A DNA stretch of 64,000 nucleotides, from assembly GCF_009914755.1 (NCBI RefSeq), contig NC_060942.1; one strand, given 5' to 3'. Of the stretch, positions 60,259-64,000 are shown one piece after another (within the stretch, counting starts at the first letter, position 1; each line of letters begins with the position of its first letter). The notes under the pieces are model-generated. The model was not told the origin of the DNA and made no database searches. It saw only the letters and a list, made by a program, of their open reading frames with translations. The position numbers were made by a program, and so were the translations under genes. Source of the stretch: the human T2T-CHM13v2.0 reference genome, Homo sapiens.

Positions 60259-62549
60259 TAAACTTCCACTTATTTTAAAAGAAAAGCTTGATATCCCTGT
60301 TATACATGGAAAACAAGTATTATTTAACATTAGTGGGTAATAGCAAGACTAAATATAATGACAAAAACTATGCTATTAAATTTTAGAAATTGAAGCAAAA
60401 GAATCCCTAGTGAATACAAATGATATGAAATTCATTTGATTTGCAAAATATGCATACAATATCTGCAAAAAAGTCCTTTAATTAGAATGGTTCTGTTTTC
60501 CATAGTCAGATATACACGGAATATTCAGCTCACTCTCAGATTAAGGTGAAGATCAGGCTTTACATCATTTTCATTTTTAATCAGTTCAACTCCTATATAG
60601 TTGTAGGGCAGTTATCCAAACATAACTAACATAACGTAAGATTTTAATATAGGTCTAAGATATTTTGAGGGGGTGGAGTGCAAAAAGACTAAATCACCAA
60701 CTCCTGTTCCCCCTGTACTGGCGCTTGTACTGACCTTCACCTCAGAAGAAGGAATTCTAAGAAACCCTATGAAATTAAAACAACTTTTTTTTTTTCCTCT
60801 CTGTCCTGTAGCCTTGCCATGTGGGTGAGCTGCCTCGCATTGGAGAAAAGCCAGGCATTTCCTAGTCCTAAGCAGCTACAGGTCTTCTTGTGCAGCTTTG
60901 GATTGTGAAAGATGATGTTCAGGATGTTCCTGGTGCTACAGCAGAGTGCAGACATCTCCTTATGCTGTTGGCTCACAGCTACTTCCTTGCATGGTGCTGC
61001 CATCCAGGGAGTCAGGGCAATATGAGTATTCTGGGTGGTCTCAGCAAGAAGCGCGTGCAGATTTTCTTCCACCTGTCCTCAAAAACCATGCCATGTGCCA
61101 CTACCATTCTCATAACTTAGGGAAACGCTGCCTTTAACCATAGTTTTCTCAGATGTTTCTTATGCAGTGAAATAACACCAACCATCCCTCGCCTTTTCCC
61201 CTAAAGGGTTCTGATGTGTACTTAGTAGCTGTTAAAAGTGATCCTCAAGACATCTAGTATTGTAGTATTGTAGTATTGGTAATCTTGTGACTATCAGCTC
61301 TTGCTGTTTGCTAATATCTGTTTTGTTTACATGAGTCAGTATGAGGCAGAACTTCTTGGAGAATAGTCTAATTAATAATTGAAATACTGATTTGTTAGGG
61401 ATAAGGCTAGAATAATTTGTCGTCCTTAATTTGGAAGTCTAGCATATGAAATTTCAAAGTAGCTAAAGAATGGATTGATTGTTAGGTTGACCTGGCAAAG
61501 AACCACATGCAAGCTGTAGATTTCTCTTGCAGTTGTTTTTTCTAAATGTGAATCCTGGAAGTCAAGGCAGTTGGTGCTGTAGTGGCTTGGCACTGCAAGC
61601 TGGAATATCAACAGCAGCTGTTGCTGGGGCCTCTGCTGGAGTCAGAAGGAGATCCTGCTGTGCTGTTTCTTCTCTCTCGCCTGTTTGGCTTAATTTCCCA
61701 AGTGGACACGATGCTCTGAGCATCTTCTGCCTTGCCACCTGGAGGCTGTGTAACTCTGCAAAGTTCCATTAGTGTCAAAAGAAAGTAATATGTTCACTTG
61801 CTCATTTGAGTCACTTGGCATCACCCATACCCTCCACGTCCCCTATCCTTAAATCTCTTCTCTAGATCCATCCCAAGGCACCTAAATCATTTAGTAAACT
61901 GACTTCTTGCCAAATGTGCTTATTTTTGATTTAGTTCAGCCAGCCAAAGTATTCACTGGGGGATGGGAAGGTAGAGAGAAGGAAGGGAAGCCTTCTGCTA
62001 TTTCTGAAGGTACATTTAAGGATATTTATTTAAAGTGATATTATCATCTCACTGTACGTAGTTCCTTAGAGACTGCTCTAAGCAGGCCTGCTTAATGTTG
62101 AATCTATATCTCAGTTGAAAGAGAAAGAAAATTAACTTTATAAGAGACATGTATATATGTGGTTTTTGTACTGTAATTTTCTTTTGATGTTTAACATGAT
62201 AAATAAATATTGAGAATTTTGATTTATCACAGCTAGTCAATGCATTTTGTATGGGTCCATAAGGTAAGCTTTTGCAAATACAGTTACTAGAATTATCTGT
62301 TTTATTGCCAACTTTAGAGACCTTTTAACAGATATGGTCTTTGATCTTATTGTGCTCATGAGTTTGTAGCTGTCTTTTATAGTTCCCAATCTAAATGTTT
62401 ATGGCATCATTACTTATACACATTATATAATGTTGAGTGAAAATCTTTATTACCTTAGGAAAATCTATGAAGAAAGTTTTTATTAGCCAGAACATTATAA
62501 TAATGATTTGAAAAAATTTATGTAAACCGTTAGCAGTTAAGGAGACAAT

Positions 62550-62861
62550 TTTTTTTTGTTGTTTTTTTTTTAAGTTTTGAAACAGGGTCTCACTTTCTCA
62601 CCCAGGCTGGAGTACAATGGTGCAAACATGGCTCACTATAGCCTGGTCTTCCCAGGCTTAAGCAATCCTCCTGCCTCAGCCCCCTAAAAACTACAGGCAT
62701 ATGCCACTGTACCCACCTAATTTTAGTTTTTTTTTTTATTTTTTAGAGATGGGGTTTCGCCATGTTGCCCAGGCTAGTCTCAAACTCTTGAGCTCAAGTG
62801 GTCTGCCTGCCTCAGCCTCTCAAAATGCTGAGATTACAGGTGTGAGCCACCATGCCCGGTC
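62550..62861 (-). mobile_element. AluJ-type SINE
   Basis: Reverse-strand dimer with AluJ features (cagggtctcact, catggctcactatagcct, aagcaatcctcctgcc). Confidence 0.92.
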
Positions 62862-63424
62862 TGTACCTTGTTTTTTTTTTAAAGTATTAAATGTGAAAAT
62901 GTATGAAATGCTTTAGATTTGCCTGTCCATCTACACACACTTCTAGTTTTTTTCTTTCTATTGTAATTTCTATAGTCTTTTTATTTCTAAGAGTAAGAAA
63001 TAACTTATTGAGCTTTGAGTAGATGCTGTTTGAGTAGACTTTATGTTTGAAAATTCTTGTTCAAAAATATTTTTTTGAAAAGAAACCGCATTAACAGAAG
63101 AACATCTTTAACCTCCCCATCAGAAAGAAACATGGGAACTTGGCAGCAGCATAATTAAAACACATAGTTATCTAAAGCTCTTTATGAGTTTGTTTCATCT
63201 TTATATGTTCTTGGTAGCTTTTTGACAAAAACAAGACAAAGGTTATATATTGTTTCACTTTGAAGCAGGATAACCAAACTTAGGCTGAATTCTGGCTATG
63301 TGCTAAATTTCTGATTTATAGACATGGGAAATGTTTTTGTATGAATCTACTATTGTATTCACTTTTAGAACATGCCTTTTATGGAAAAGAAAGGAGAAAT
63401 CAATTTGTACAGCAAAAAGACTAG

Positions 63425-63660
63425 TAATAGCTAACATTTATTGAATACTAACTGTATGCCAGCCACTGTTCTAAGTACTTTTTACTTGTATTGATTTATT
63501 TAATTTTTCCAGTTACCTTGTGGGATACAAGTCCTTTTATCCTATTTTATAAAAGAGGAAACCGAGGTACAGAGAGGTTAAGTAGTTTACCCTAGGTTAT
63601 GTGGGTAATAGCACAGCTGTGATTCAAGTACAGGCAGTTTGACTATATAGTCTACTGTAA
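63425..63660 (-). mobile_element. MIR
   Basis: aatagctaacatttattgaatact...tgccagccactgttctaagtactt...gaggaaaccgaggtacagagaggttaagt. Confidence 0.85.
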
Positions 63661-64000
63661 TGTCATTTAAAGAAAACAGTTATGTAATTATTTAAATTTT
63701 GATTTTAGTCATTGTAAATGTGGCATTCTTCAGTTGGTTAGGAATTTGATCTCTGTTATTCCTTAGATCTTCACCAAAGTGATGAAATGTGTGTGCTCAT
63801 TTCTCATCCTTCTCTCCTTCCACTCTCTGTGTAGAATTCTCTGTCATAGTTCTGAGCGCTTGGAGGAGAAAAGAATGGCATGTGCAAAGCAGTGTGACAT
63901 GGATTTTAGTTGCTTGGTTAATTGCTTTACATTCCATTGGGGGCTTAAAGCTTGGCAGTGGAGATATACATTTCCATGTATAGAATTCTCTTTATTTTTA

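Noticed and set aside
60767-61137. Overlapping ORFs on both strands next to a T11 run, as a possible processed pseudogene
   Set aside because: I recognise no protein similarity in the frames examined, and there is no poly(A) signal or TSD. A tblastx/Dfam search would settle it.
61256-61279. (TAGTATTG)3, and similarly the (ATCTAATCTAA)n repeat near 14747-14775
   Set aside because: These are ordinary slippage micro-duplications with no spacers or other signal.
63900-64000. PIK3C3 exon 4
   Set aside because: The expected continuation MFRQGMHDLKVWP is not encoded in the window, so the exon must lie beyond base 64000.

Overview
This window is primate (most likely human) nuclear genomic DNA, not prokaryotic or viral. 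The first ~48.8 kb is repeat-rich intergenic sequence: Alu J/S/Y, old L1M and L2, MIR, MaLR/ERV LTRs, hAT and Tigger DNA-transposon fossils, and microsatellites. It is followed by the CpG-island promoter and the first three coding exons of PIK3C3 (VPS34, class III PI 3-kinase) on the + strand. Spliced exons 49033-49100, 51313-51501 and 56233-56376 encode [33 protein letters not shown]...VSLFGKYG, the N-terminus and part of the C2 domain; the gene continues past the window end. The other ORFs in the supplied track appear to be spurious, from Alu, simple repeats or chance. I found no convincing new multi-gene system. The most unusual structures are (i) a ~200 bp inverted duplication of non-Alu sequence bracketing 1.4 kb next to an old L1 5' end, (ii) a short orphan poly(A)-tailed, TSD-flanked retro-insertion inside a Charlie1 fossil, (iii) an inverted pair of MER82 elements, (iv) RFC1-like AAGGG/AAAGG pentamer tracts in Alu tails, (v) an overlapping upstream ORF and acceptor-like sites in the PIK3C3 leader, and (vi) a candidate 13-nt poison micro-exon in intron 3. 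Repeat subfamily names come from recalled consensus sequences, and repeat boundaries are approximate.
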